Source: the human T2T-CHM13v2.0 reference genome, Homo sapiens
Assembly: GCF_009914755.1 (NCBI RefSeq)
Contig: NC_060939.1
Direction: 5' to 3' (one strand)
DNA: 64,000 bases
Shown: piece by piece, positions 12,948-26,869 of the stretch
How the letters are laid out: each line of letters begins with the position of its first letter
Numbering within the stretch: the stretch's first letter is position 1
Made by a program: the position numbers and the translations under genes
Notes under the pieces: generated by a model
What the model saw: only the letters and a program-made list of their open reading frames with translations
Told to the model about the DNA's origin: nothing
Databases searched by the model: none

Positions 12948-12957
12948 CGCATGCGCA
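12948..12957. promoter_or_regulatory. NRF1-like motif
   Basis: CGCATGCGCA compared with TGCGCATGCGCA; TACGTG nearby at 12930. Confidence 0.3.
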
Positions 12958-13128
12958 GGAATACATCCACATGGCAAGTTCATGACAGTGTGCAGAGACT
13001 AGAAATAGGCAAGCACACACACACAGAAGCACAGCCCCAGAGACACACGTGGAAACACATACATTGTACGGTATTCAACACACATATACACACACACAGG
13101 GGAGCTGCCCTGGGGAGCTCACAGGGGA

Positions 13129-13130
<2 letters not shown>

Positions 13131-13170
<40 letters not shown>
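13131..13170. repeat. (AC)20 microsatellite
   Basis: Read directly from the sequence. Confidence 0.95.
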
Positions 13171-13174
<4 letters not shown>

Positions 13175-14026
13175 CATCTTAGGTCCCAAACTGGGTTCTT
13201 CCTAGCCCTTGGGGAACCTCTCCCTGTTGAGAAGGAAATAAAAAATCCCATGTGGTCTTCAGACACATGTGGCCTCTCAAGCCACGGACAAGCCAAGCAG
13301 CAGCAACTAGACGCTGGGAAGCAAAGCCCAGCGTGGCCTGAATATTTCACAGGAGATTTTGCTTCACAGAAAATCCCTTCTTCGCCGCTGTGCATGTCAG
13401 GGTATAATTACCTGTTAGGTAGCAGAGCAGAAACCTGGGAGGATGTGTGCACAGCTTCTGGCCTGGGCCGCCACTGGGCCTCTGCCTCTGCTGCAGGCCT
13501 GGCAAGGGCCATCCTGTCTCTCACCTGCTCCCACCAGGGGCCAGAGAGAGGACAACTGGATGCCACTTTGGGACATAGAGTGTCCTGGCTTAGGGTCGCC
13601 TCTGCTCCAGGTCCTCAGACTCTGCCAGCCCCTAGCTGAGGAAGAGCCAAAGTCCCCCATCCCTTTGCCTCCCACAGCATCTCCCCCAGCTCTTCAGCAA
13701 GAGCACAGAGCCACATCTCATCTCACTCCTTCATCTTCCCCCTTCACCTCGCTAGCCCATCGAGGTGTTTGTAGTCCCCTGAGTGAATGGCAGGGAAAAC
13801 CGAGAGAGGTACACACCAGAGGAAGGGAGAGAGGACATCCTGGCTGGGCCCTGGAGACCCTGGAACACTCTCCCTCACTCCTTTTGTCCTAGAAAATGTC
13901 CACACAGGCTAAGCTAAGCTCAGATTGGATCTCCTCCAGGAAGCCCTCTGGGACTGCTCCCAGGGTCAGGAGCCTTCTCTGGCTCCCATAGCCCACTGTG
14001 TTCCTCTCCATCACTGTTCAGTAATC

Positions 14027-14782
14027 AAGGGCTGAAAACCTAGATGCCTACAGGGGCCAGGGAAGGAATGAAAGTGAGTGAAGGGGCAAAGATAATGCAA
14101 CAGCGAGTGGGCAGAACTCACAAACTGGAGAGCATGCCCCTGTCTAATGCCTTTCAAACCACATCGCCTTACGGCCCAGCAACTTAGCACCTAGAAATCG
14201 ACCCAGGAAAATTGAAAACACTTGTGCACAAATATTCATAGCAGCATTATTCATAAGAGCCAAAAAGTCAAAACCACCCAAATGTTCATGAATGACTATA
14301 TAAACAAAATGTGTGATAGCCATACGATGGAATATCATTCAGCCAAAAAAAAGAATGAAGTACTGATACACACACACTAGAACATGGATGAGCCTTAAAA
14401 ACTGTGTGCTGAGCAATGGAAGCCAGGCAGAAAAGCCCACATATTGTATGATTCCATTTCTATGAAATGTCTAGAATATGCAAATCCAAAGAGACAAAAG
14501 TAGATTCGTGGTTGCCAGGGCCAGGGAGGAGGGGAGAATGGCGGGTAACTGCTAAAGGGTACAGGGTTTCCTTTCGGGGTGATGAAAATACTCTGGAATT
14601 AGATAGTGGTAAGAGTTGCACAATTGGGAATATGCTAAAAATCACTGAACTGTATGCTTTAAAATAGTGACTTTTATGGCATGTGGATTATATTTCAATT
14701 TTTTAAAACCAAATTGTTTAAAATGGAACAACACATCCACAAGCCACATGTCTGTCTGCAGCCTCTAATTTTCAACCTCTAT
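14027..14782 (+). mobile_element. MER102-like hAT-Charlie element split by an L1
   Basis: atgcctacaggggccagg...aaactggagagcatgcccctgtctaa at the left (to ~14150) and caacacatccacaagcc...ttttcaacctct at the right (from ~14705). Confidence 0.6.
14155..14705 (+). mobile_element. L1M (L1MB-type) 3' end
   Basis: cacaaatattcatagcagcattattcataa...tattgtatgattccattt...gtggttgccaggg...gggtgatgaaaatactctggaattagatagtggt. Confidence 0.85.
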
Positions 14783-15599
14783 TTTACACATTTGTTTCCC
14801 TCACAAGAGTGGAAGCTCTGGGAGGGTGGGGCCCTACCCGAGGCACAGCCGTGGTCCCCAGAGCTGGCATCTCAGGGCAGGCACTTGAGCCACAACAGTG
14901 ACCACAGCACCATGTTAACACAGGGCACACTTCATACTCTGTAAAACCTCTGGTCCAGAGCCATGGCCCCAGTCTCAGGTGAGGCCACTGAGGCCCAGGC
15001 TCAAGGTCATTTGCCCTAAGGTCACTTGACAAGCTGGAGGCAGAACTGGGCAGAGAAGCCAGGCCTCCAGACTCGGTGCAGCAGGACCCAGGGCGGCCAG
15101 GGGCCAGCTGCTGCTGGGCAGGGAAGATGGGCACAAGAAGGCAGGCAGCTCTGTGGCTGTTTCCTGCCTCAAAGCCCCCAGATCCCTGGGGCCTCAGAAT
15201 CAAGTCCACCTGCTGGATCTGGCCTCAATCCCCTTTGATGGACAAGCACCACCCCTAGCTCCTCCAGCCCAGGCCCTGTCTATCATCCCTTTGCTCACAC
15301 AGCCTTTGCTCACATAGGGCCCGCTTCCTGGAAGGCTTTCTCAGGCTTCCCAGGCACCAGGCACAGTTCCTCCCCTCCCAAAAGCCTTACTTCATCACCA
15401 CCTGACCCTCCCGCAGGGCCCCTCCCCAGCTGAGCCCTTGCAGCACCTCTGGGAGGGTGTGCAGGTGAGTACAAGGGAACAGCGGGACTTGTGCCTGACT
15501 GTGGGGCTACCCAGGACCTGGGCCAGCCTTGAGCTAGAAGCAAGTCTGATATCTCAGGGTCTGACTGCCAGCAACTAGGTGCAAGGCCAGGATTGGCTG

Positions 15600-15730
15600 G
15601 CAGGGAAAGGGAGGGAAGAGGGGAGAAGAGGGAGAAGGTAGAGGGAGAGAGAAGGAGAGGGATAGGGAGGAGAGGGGGTGAGAAGGGAGGAAGGAGGAGA
15701 AGAAAAGAGGTGGGGCGAGATGGAGAGGAA
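15600..15730 (+). repeat. Polypurine (GA-rich) low-complexity tract
   Basis: About 130 bp of almost only G and A. Confidence 0.85.
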
Positions 15731-16332
15731 GCACGGGCTGCTCTTAGCCCCAGGGTCCCAGGAAGGCTAAGCCAGAGCCCAACACAGTGATGACGCAGTT
15801 GGGCAGCCGGTTACCTTCAGACACATGATGACACAGATGTCACAGATCAGTGCCCCGGGGCAGAGTGAAGCTAGGCAGGGAGGAAGCCCCTTTGGGAGAG
15901 AGGCCCCAGCTTTAGACCAGCGGTCCGGTCTCCTTCCTATTCTCCCTGCCCCCATGCAGCAGTGAGGTGGGGAGCAGCGGTGGGCAGGAAGGCGGTCCCC
16001 GCCTGGTACCCACCTGGGCCTCCTGCTGTGTCCCAGTTCAGCCTAAGGAGCTCAGCCACCCTCCTGGGTGAGACTTCCAGGGTCAGACCCTTCTGACTGT
16101 GGTTACAGACTGAGTCTTGACCCTGGCAGGGTGGACTGGCCCCCAGGAAACTGGAGGAGGCCCCAGATGCCTCACTATCTCCTCCTACGCCACAGGGCTG
16201 GGTGACGGATCTGGTCTGTGGGTGTCAGAGACAGGTCCTGGCTCTGAGTGACTGCTGGCAGCTGGGCCTGAGGTGGCTCATGGGCGGCTGATTTCCTGAC
16301 CTTCCTAAGACCAAACACATGATGAGCCTCTG

Positions 16333-16368
16333 CCTCCTCCTCCTCCTCCTCCTCCTCCTCCTCCTCCT
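16333..16368. repeat. (CCT)12 trinucleotide repeat
   Basis: Read directly from the sequence. Confidence 0.95.
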
Positions 16369-16674
16369 GAGGCCAAGCACATGGGTACAGGAACACAGCA
16401 GGTGTCTAATAGATGCCAGTTCCCTCTCTGAACTCCAGCCCCAAGTTTCCTTAGAGAAGCTGCCACTCCTCTCCCCACCCCGACCCCCACAGTGCTCGCT
16501 CCCCAGCTCTCCCCACCTCCCCTCCACATGGACTCAGTGCCGCCTCCCTCTCAAGCCCGGGGGGAAGCTGTAGATTGCTGGGTACCCAACCCTCCCCTTT
16601 CACCCCTCCCCTCCCTCCTGGCCTTTCCCAACCCAGATACACATCACACCAGCCCCCACTCAGTGTCCTCAGCT

Positions 16675-16800
16675 GGCTGTCAGCTAATGCCTGCAGAGGT
16701 GTTAACTGATAATTAAGATGTTAGCTGTAAACTTAACGTGTGATTCCCTGCCAGGAGTATTTTGGTCTTAACAGGTTGCTTTTGGAACGGGAAAACCTTC
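16675..16800. promoter_or_regulatory. Candidate conserved enhancer
   Basis: CTGTCA, CTAATG, TGATAATTAAG and GTAAAC clustered in an AT-rich unique island. Confidence 0.35.
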
Positions 16801-17257
16801 AAGACCCAGCCAAATGGCAGGCAGGGATGCAGAGTGGGGTGTCAGGGGGCGCTCTGTGCCTGGAGACCTTCCAGCCTCCAGAATCCCCTCCTCACCTCTC
16901 ACTTCACTGAGGACAGAAGGCAGGCATGGGAACCCAGAGCTCTGCCTTTCAGTGTCAGCCCCACACCTGTGAGGCGATGACCCTGGACATGAGATGAAAC
17001 CTCTTGGAACCTCAGTTTTCTCATCTGCAAATGGTGAGACAGAACGCCGACCCTGAAGAATTGCAGTGCAGGCTGACAGGTAAGGCCCCGTGTGCCTAGC
17101 ACACAGGAGCCCTTAGAGCTCCTGTTGTCCCCGACTTCCCTTTGCCTCTTCCCACACTGAAGGTAACTGTGTCAGCTTCCACTCCTTCCCCCTCCTCACA
17201 CCAACTCTGATCAATCACCAAGTCTATTTTCTCAACTTCCTAAATCTCTCCCCAGGC

Positions 17258-17733
17258 AAAGATCAATGGAATCAAACAGCGAGGTCTGGACAGACATGAG
17301 ACTTTGGGGACATTTCAGCAGATGACAGGAATGGAGCTTCAGAGCAGCAGGGAAAGGACGCTTACCCAACAAACAGTGCCGAAACAACTGCAAGTCATTT
17401 GGGAAAAAACCACTTAGATCCCTACCTCAAACCACACACAGAAATACATTTCAGATGAACTAGAGATTTAAATATTTGTGAATATCATAAACAACCAGAA
17501 AACAGTATAGGCCAATATTTTTAAAATTCTGCAGTGGGTAAGGCCAGGAACTCTAAAGGAAAGGAGTGATAGACTTGAACACAGGACAATCTAAAACTTT
17601 TAAGGGGTTAAATACATCCCATAAACTTAAATGAAAAAAAAAAACTTGTGAATAATGATTTGCACATATGCCAAATAAAGAGTTAATTTCTTTAACCTCT
17701 TCTAAATCCACCTGCTCTTGCAAATCAATAAGA
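17258..17733 (+). mobile_element. L1ME fragment, left part
   Basis: gatcaatggaa...ttagatccctacctcaaaccacacacagaaatacatttcagatga...gatttaaat...caaatcaataaga. Confidence 0.75.
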
Positions 17734-17739
17734 TGCATT

Positions 17740-19300
17740 TCACCGCCCCAATCGCTGAAACTATGGTCACCTGTGACCTCCCCGTTACCGAGGCAGTGAC
17801 CAGTTCTCAGTCTGCATCCTTAGCCCCATTTGACACATGCTTGAAATGCATCTTGCCCTTGGCGTCCAGGACATACATGCCTGGTTCCTTTTCATCTCAC
17901 TGGGTGTCCCTTCTCAGTCACCTTTTCTGTTCCCCCTCAGCTCCCCACCCTCTAACTGATGGAGGTCTGGGGGTTGGGACATTGGTCTTTTCTGTCTACT
18001 CTCCTTCCATGCTCTCATCCAACCTCATGGCTTTAAATACTATCTTTATGCTGATAGCCCCAAATTTGTATCTCTAGCCCAGACCTGTCCCCTGGACTCC
18101 AGTCACATACATCCACCTGTCAACTCCATGGTTCTGCCAGGCTGTCTACAGGCATCTCACCATTTACGTGTCCACTGCTAGGGCTGGCTCACAGATGTGT
18201 GACCTGGGCTGTGCACTCAGAAGGGCCCCAGGCTTCCTTTAACGCTCTATTGTCACCTCCCACTTTGAAATTCTTAATTTTTTTTTAGCAAAAAGTCACC
18301 CGTTTTCACTGTGCTCTGGGTCCCACACATTATGTAACCATTTTTTCCAAATGACTCACGGTTGTTCAGCACTCCTGTCCACCACTGAACCACTCCTCTC
18401 CCCTACACCAACCCGCTCCTCTCCGATCTCCCCATCTCCATCTATGGCAACCCCACCCTCCTAGATGCTTGGGCCAAAACCCCTGGAGTCATGGTTGGCT
18501 CCCTTCTCTCTCTCTCACACACCACCTCATCCAATCTGTCAGCAAATCCTATTGGCTCTACCTTGAGCATACATGTGGAATCCATCCACTTCTGCCCACC
18601 TCCACCAAGACTCCCTGGTTCAGTCCTCCATTGCCTCCTCCCTGGATCACTGCAACAAACAGCCTCCTGTCGGATCTCCCTGCTTCACAGCTGCCAGAGG
18701 GATCTGGTTAAAATGTAATTCCAATCATGCCATGTCACTACGCAGAACCTTCCATGGCTTTCCCCACTTCATTTTGGGTAACAGTCAAGTCCTCCAGGCG
18801 GCCTGCAGGCCCTGAGTGATGAGTGCGTGGTCCCTGTTCGGCTGCATGGCCCACTCTCTCCCTCACTCACCCTGTTCTGGCCACACCAACCAGCCTTCTT
18901 GCCATGTCCCCATAAGCCAGGTCTGCTCCTGACTCAGGGTCCTCAGACCTGCTGTTCCCTCTGTTTGGAAGGCGCTTCCCCCACAACATCCACCCAACTC
19001 AGTCTCTCACTTCTTGCTGGTCTTTACTTAAATGCCACCTCTCGAAGAGACCTTCCATGACGACCATGTCCAAGTTGCCCAACACTTCCCATCCCCCTCC
19101 TCTGCTTGATTTTTTTTCGCCTTAGCACTTAACACTCCCATACGCATGCTGTATTTTTCCTTGTCTGTCTCTCCTCCATCACAGCTTACATTCCTTGGAG
19201 CAGGTATATTTCGTGAGTTTTGTTCACTGTTCGGTCCCTAACCAAAACAATGTCTGACACATAGTAGGTGCTCAGTAAATACTTCCTGAATGAGTGGATA
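17740..19300 (+). mobile_element. L2 (L2a-like) 3' ~1.4 kb inserted in L1ME
   Basis: catggctttaaatactatctttatgctgat...tctctagcccagacct...ttttgttcactg...gacacatagtaggtgctcagtaaatacttcctgaatgag. Confidence 0.85.
18180..18340 (+). mobile_element. MER91A-like hAT element inserted in L2
   Basis: agggctggct...ctcagaagggcccc..tttaacgctct..ttgaaattcttaa...ttttcactgtgctctgggtcccacacattatgta. Confidence 0.7.
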
Positions 19301-19304
19301 CAGC

Positions 19305-20125
19305 AGCAGAGGACTTGACATCAACAAGCAATTTACAAGTGAAGAAACAGAAATGGCCAACAAGCATATGCAAATATGCTCAACCTCATTAGCAGTCTAA
19401 GAAACATAGAGTAAAATCATTTTTATCTGTCAAATTGGCAGGGATTAAGTGATTAATAATTCCTATGATTGGCAAGGGTGAGGGAAAGGGGCATTTTGCA
19501 TACAGTTTGTAGGAGCATAAATCAGCTCAGCCTTCTGCAGGTTGATCTGGCTGTCCAGAACAAATCAAATGTGGAAATGTGGGTGCCCTCTGACTCAGGA
19601 AGTCCATTTCCAGAAACATTCCCAAAAGAACTACAGCACAAGCACACACAGATGTGCAAACCCAGAGGTTCCCTGAGTGAAGTTTATAAATAGCCAAATG
19701 CCAGAAACAACCTAAATGGCTGCCAACAGGATTAATAATTGATGAATGATTTGTAGACCATCATACAAGGGATGTAAAAGGGTGGGGAAGAACTCTATGG
19801 AAGGACCCGGGATGATCCATATGACATTGTTAGGTAAAAAAATCAAGTGCTGGAGCAATATAACTAATATGAGCCCATGTTTTTCCTTTTAAAATACGTT
19901 GATAAGTACATAGAAAAAAGTGTGGAAGGGGACATATCAAACGAGTTATCCGTGTTAGCTCTTGGGAGGAAAAGACTACAGAAGGGGCTTGAACCGCATG
20001 CTTTAAATACCGAGAGATAGATGGATAGACGGATGAATAGATAGATAGATACATACATAGATAATAGGTAACATATAGAGAACATATTACCTTAATAATC
20101 AGAAAAATGATTCTGCTTAGGGAGA
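19305..20125 (+). mobile_element. L1ME fragment, right part, with internal (GATA)n at ~20015-20062
   Basis: gaagaaacagaaatggccaacaagcatatgcaaatatgctcaacctcattag continues the L1 sequence interrupted at ~17733. Confidence 0.75.
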
Positions 20126-20652
20126 AAATACCTTCTGTGACTCCCCAGTATTAAAGGGTGCAGAAGTAAGCCATTCCAAGCCCTCCATAACCCGTCACTG
20201 CCTCATCCCTGTTACCCCCATCCCCACTCTGGCTCCCCAAAGTGCTCTGGGTTCCAAGCTCATGAAGCAATTTTCTATTCCTGGTTCCTTTCACAGCTCC
20301 ATGCCTGTCTCTCAGCTCTGTTCACAGGCACAAAGGCCCAACCCGCCCTGTCCCATGACCTCCTCAGCCTGGGCTCCGCTGTCAGAGAGCCAGAGGGGGG
20401 AAGACGAGGAACCTTACAGCACTCCCAAAGACCAGGACTACTGCCCCAGACCCCAGGTCTCTGTCCTAGGGACAGCCTGCGGCAGCTGGGGGATCAGGAA
20501 ATGCCCTTGATTGTGGCCTGGGCAGGCTGGCTGCCCCTGGCTCCAGGACACCCACAACAGCCACTGGAGGCAGCTGATCTGAGGCCAGGGTGAGCCCAGC
20601 AAGGAGGTCTGGCCAGAGGAGAAGGGAGACTGGGGGTTTAGCCCCCCAACTT

Positions 20653-20785
20653 GGGTTGCCAGATTTGGCAAATAAAATTGTATGTGCCATGTAATATTTA
20701 AGATATATTTACACTGAAAAATTATTTGTTGTCTATCTGAAGTTCAAATTTAACTGGACAGCAGTATTTTTTTTCTGGCAACCCT
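20653..20785. mobile_element. MER53-like palindromic hAT MITE, internally deleted
   Basis: Terminal inverted repeats GGGTTGCCAGA...TCTGGCAACCC; internal ttgtctatctgaagttcaaatttaactgg. Confidence 0.8.
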
Positions 20786-22504
20786 AGCTGCTACCCCATC
20801 CTATTCCTTGGGGGATTTGGCACCAGGCCGAAAGCCTTCACCTGGGATGTCCAGGAGTGGCGCAGAAATGGCCTATCTCAGGCCCACCACAGAGGGGGAC
20901 TGAAAGTTGAGACAGGCTCGCTCCGGGTGCTGACGATGTCCCACAGAGAGCTGGGAACTTCCAGAATTAGCACCATCAGGCACTGCACTGGGCAGCGGCG
21001 GTGAAAAGGCAGGTGAAGGCAAAGGGAGACCAACCTGGGAGCAAAACCTCCTACAGCCAAGGCACTCGGCAGGTGTGTGGCGCAAAACAAAGCCTGAGCA
21101 AAGACAGACAGTGAGCATAGGACAGCAACGCTGGGGTTGCAGGGATGGTGTGTCCCAGTGCCTCTCAGCATCCCGGGGACAAAGCCTGGTGAGGAAGAAT
21201 GGCTGAGGCGTGGCCTTCCTTCTCAGAGGTCAGGAACTCCTCCACAGGAGGCCCCTCTGCTGCTAGGGCCTTCAAACCCCACACTGTGTCCCCCACCATG
21301 GCCCCTGGCAGGGGCTCATTCGCTAAACGCCAGCCTGAGTCAGGGGACCTGGTCCTCACACCCAGAGCCTCCCACCAAGCACAGAAGCATGAGGCAGGGT
21401 GAGACTGCCTCACTCTCCCCTACCTGGGTCAGATGGCGTTGGGAGGCAAACAGACTGGCCTCTGGGGGCCTGGGGTGCGGCAGCCTGTCCGTCGCGGTCC
21501 CAGCATGCACTGTGCGGGAAGAGCAAGAAAGTTAGTGGGGCAAAGACAGGGCTTCCTGCTACCCCAGGTGAGGCCCACCTCAGCACAGCTCCCCACAGTG
21601 GATCCCCATTGCCCAGCCCAGTGGGCCTCAGGTGCTGCCTCCCAGCACAGCACATGCTCCTCAGTGCCATCCCTACCCACTTCCCAGCACCCTGGAGTGG
21701 CCAGCCCTTAATGGATCACACCCTCAGGAGCATCAACTCCCTGGCCTGGCATTCAAGGCCCCGTCTAAGCCCCTAAACTTCTCACTGTCTCTCCATGTCC
21801 TCCAAAGGTCAGCCCACCTCTGCAAGTTTTGTTCACGTGCACAGATACACAGATGGACAACCCCACCCCATTCTCTCTGAGACTCCCACTGCTACCAACA
21901 AATGTGTCCCCTGCCTCCTGGAAGCTTCACTTACAGGTCCTCAGCCCCAGCACCGCTCAAGATCCCCAGCAAGGTCCCCAAGGACCCCATCAGCACCCCC
22001 AGCTCTCCCGCCTCAGCCTGTGGTCTCTGGCAGCTGACCCCGCCTTGGGAACACCCTCTCAGTGACACCCCGATCCACCCTTCCTCATTCTTCACTACAC
22101 CCCCATCACTCATCCTAGACATGGCCACAGGTGCTGTCTCCCTTCCTCCCTCCTCCCTCCTCCCTCCTCCCAGACCTTCCTGCCCACAACTGTGCTTCAA
22201 TCACCCTCTGCCTATGCCCTCAGTGGCACCCACCATGCCCAGAGGAGGGTGAAGCCCCTTAACCTGGCCCACAGGGCACTGCCCAACCCAGCCCTGACCT
22301 GTGGGCCACCCTCACCTCCCCTCCAGACCACACAGCCACCTGCCACCTCCTCAGAAAGCTCTGTGACCACCTCCTTCTCACAGTCTCCAATGTCCTCCAT
22401 AGGCCACCCTGGAGGAAGCCATCCTCACCGTGTCTCACTGCCCTGACAGACTGACTTGTTATTTGGTTTTCCTTGTTTCAATAGTCCCACAGCAAACTTT
22501 TTCC

Positions 22505-23600
<1,096 letters not shown>

Positions 23601-23794
23601 CTAGTGCCATCACTATTGGAGATAAACATCTTAATTTAATTATTTAAATGATTTACCTATTTACTTTCCATCTCTTCCATCACGTGTGAAAGCAGAGACC
23701 TTGGTATTTATTCCCCCAATACCTAGAATAGCATCTGGTACTGGATAATGATGATGACGATGATGGTGGTGATGACGGTTGTGGAGGTGGTGAT

Positions 23795-24025
23795 AGCTAA
23801 CATTTACAGAGCCCTTAGCATTTGCCTAGCACCATTCTGAGTGCTTTACTCATAGTAACTCACTTAGTCCTCACAACCGCCCCAAAAGACAGAGATGCTA
23901 TCAATACTCCCATTTTACAGAAGAGAAAACTGACATAGAGAGAGGCAACTAGCCCAAGGTCACACAGTTAATAAGGGGCTGAGCCAGTCCTTGATCCCAG
24001 GTGTCCTGGAGTCAGAACACCTGAC
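23795..24025 (-). mobile_element. MIR, near full length, next to a (GAT/GGT)n tract
   Basis: agctaacattta...tcctcacaac...cccattttacagaagagaaaactga...gcccaaggtcacacag. Confidence 0.85.
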
Positions 24026-24284
24026 TAGGTCCTTGGCCAAGCCCTAAATGCAACACCCATGGAGGATCCATTGTCCTTGTAAACTCTGTATCTGGAAGCT
24101 CCCTGATGAGCTTCCCACTAGAATCCATCCTCTTCTTCACCTTCTGGACAGTGTAGATGTGATCAGGATATTACATAGCCCATAGCAACCACTCGATATG
24201 CCCCAGGTGGAGAGAATAAACAGGAGTCACAGCCGTGGCTCTTCTGAAACCTGGCTCTGAAAATGGTCCCACAACAGCCTTTGT

Positions 24285-24708
24285 ACCAGAGAATTTTATT
24301 GCTCACTGAATGTCAGCACATTTCCTTGGCATTTCCTCAGCCTCTTTAGAGTTAGTTGGGCCATATGAGAAGTTCTGCCCAACGGGCTGTGAACAAAAGC
24401 GATGCGTGTCATTGATGAGCCAAAGCATTTCAGAGCCCGTGCGTGACCTCATCATTGTCTCTTCTCTGCCATGGTGACTGGAGGCCACATGTTCTGGAAG
24501 GGGCTACAAGATGATGGAGCTCCTGGCAGCCTAGGTCCCTGAGTTGTTGTGTGGACCAGAGCTCCACTACCCTGCCCACATCCCACACCGGGCATGGAAT
24601 GTGAGTTCATGTGGTAAACGGAGGAAGGAAGACAGCCTTTGTCACATGAAATCACTGAGAGTTCAGAGAGTACCGGTTAGTGCAGCACAACCTTGCCTAT
24701 CCTACAAA
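24285..24708 (+). mobile_element. MLT1 (H/I/J-type) MaLR LTR
   Basis: catttcctcagcctc...ggccatatgagaagttctgcccaa...cctaggtccctgag...cactgagagttc...tgcagcacaacctt. Confidence 0.65.
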
Positions 24709-25149
24709 ATCCCCACTGCCCCTTTGGGGGCAGGTCACCTTGCTGCATATGTTGTTAGAACACGTTTGGGTGACTTTCTGAGTGAGAGAACTAAGTCCCA
24801 TTTGGGAGCCTCTAAGTAACTAAAATTTCAGTGGGGGTAGAATAATCTCACTTCCCAAATTCAAGAGTTCCCTATCCACGAGGAAAAGGGGGAGCTTCCA
24901 GGTCCTGCAATGGGCTCCACCTGCAGGACCTTCCCCACATGCAGAAGGGAGGTGTGAGCTGAGGCAGGTAGTGGCATCTCCATGAGAGTTGGGGCCTACG
25001 CCTAAATTCGAGGGCCTGAACTTGACTTTAGAGCAAAGGCTGGGGCATCTCCAGAGCTTTTTCCTTGACTTGGGTCCAAGACCAGCTCCCAGAAAGGCTC
25101 TGGGACCCCCAACTCATCTGTCCACAACTCAGGGAGATAAGGAAAACTC

Positions 25150-25960
25150 CCGCAGGGCCTTGGAGTGCAAACTTAATTGCTGGTTTATATTTTGAACTTA
25201 CTGGTGTTTTACTTTGGCAATTATCACCTGAAATGTTGTGTGCTCCTGTGGGACAACACGAGGAACAAGGAGAAGATGCTACCCCTTAAGGTAACAGGGG
25301 CACTAGCAGGCGACCCAAGGGAAAGCCCTTCCTGTTGATAAACGCCCCTGCGACTTCTCACTTTCCCCAATAAGTAAGACTTGGCTGCAGTGGAATCCAC
25401 CCACCAAGAATCAACAGGTGTGACTGATCCAGTGCAACCAAAAACAAAGTCATACCGGAAACCAGCAGTCTCTGCTCCATTCTTTGCCTCGAGCATCTAT
25501 CTACTTGGGAGTTAATTTTGATGATGAGAAATTCAAAATGGTACATTTGGTTATTTCTGTGGGTTTTTTTTTTCTTTGTAAATGAGACCTGTTTAATTGG
25601 GTGCAGGCTGAGGTTTTCATCCTGCTTGAACACCTTTTGCATCCACCATCATGGCCATAGCATTTGCTCAGATAAGCTTAAGATAAGGAACTGGACAGGG
25701 ATGCAAGGATGGCTCCTGGCTACAGTGGAGTTGGCTGGGCTGGGGTCAGCTCAGACTCTCAGCTCCAAAGTCCAACTGAGCATCTCACTCAGGGAGGAAG
25801 GGGTTGTAGGTTTCGACTCTATGGTCTAATTCACAGAGGCCCAGGCAATGTTGTGATGAATGCACAGGCTCTTGGAAAATGCCTGACTAGAATTGCTTTG
25901 AGGGAGGAGTCCCTGAATGCAACATGAATCGTTTTCCCTTGAATGGTTTTTGCTGATTGA
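25150..25960. promoter_or_regulatory. AT-rich unique segment, candidate enhancer
   Basis: Several TTAATT/CAATTA/CTAATT sites plus TTTGAT, TTCAAA, TGATAA and TGATTGATT; no repeat similarity recognised. Confidence 0.35.
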
Positions 25961-26174
25961 TTGGGCTTTAGTTCACTGTCTGCCAAGGGTGTGGGGGGGC
26001 TGAAAACAGAGGACAAAGGTTCAGAGGCAAATGGTGAAGGCAGCACCTATGGGAATGGAGGAAGAGCTGGCACAGGAATGAGGGGACAGGTGGAGGGAGG
26101 GTGGAAGGGAGGGGAGTGGAGGAGGGAAAGTGGCAGACACCCAGGTGAGGGGTGAGCACCATTGCCACTGTGGT

Positions 26175-26410
26175 TGTCATAATCATCATGGTCCCCATAA
26201 ATCGCACCCAATGAGCCCCCTGGGCTAAGCACTTTCCTTCTGCTAACTCATCTGCTTCTCACACACGCCCTCGAGGAGGGTACCCTGACCATCCTGGTTT
26301 CCAGGATGGGGAAGCTGAAGCATGGAAAGGTGAAATGTCTTGAGAGGAATGGGGTTGTTTCAAACCCAGGCAGTCCAGCTCCAGCACTCGTCCCTAAGAG
26401 TCCCTGATAA
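26175..26410 (-). mobile_element. MIR
   Basis: ctgggctaagcacttt...aggatggggaagctgaagcatggaaaggtgaa...ttcaaacccaggcagtc. Confidence 0.7.
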
Positions 26411-26610
26411 AACCACAGTGGTGAGGTTGGAAATGAATGGAAGCTCCTCCTCGATGCCATTGGCAGAAATTCTGTCTGTGGGTGGTCAGATCTAAGATGG
26501 AGAAAAATTCCTCTGCCACTTACTAACTCTGTGACCTTCAGCAAATTACCTAACCTTTCTGGGACTGGTTCCCTATCTCTAATGCCATACTCATATGGCA
26601 GTAGAGATTA

Positions 26611-26612
<2 letters not shown>

Positions 26613-26648
<36 letters not shown>
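26613..26648. repeat. (GT)18 microsatellite inside a + strand MIR (~26510-26700)
   Basis: Read directly; flank cctctgccacttactaactctgtgaccttcagcaaattacctaacc is MIR. Confidence 0.9.
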
Positions 26649-26650
<2 letters not shown>

Positions 26651-26869
26651 TGTCTCGTCTCATACAGTACTTGGTAGAGAATAGGCACTTCACAAAAACC
26701 AGACACCCACGGGGCCACGGTACAGTGGCACCAATCTCCAGAATTTCCAAGCATGTACATATGTGTGCACGTATGTGTTCCTATGTCCATGTGTCCCTGC
26801 CAAGGTGACCACTCATGTGCACCTGCATGCATTTCGCTCCCTAGTCCTGTCCCCAACTAAGGGTGGTGG

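Noticed and set aside
13049-13639. 196-aa ATG-initiated ORF
   Set aside because: It runs through a (CA)n microsatellite (HT repeats) and has no recognisable protein similarity.
16170-16280. Plus-strand acceptor-like ctcactatctcctcctacgccacag
   Set aside because: No convincing downstream donor, so an exon cannot be supported.
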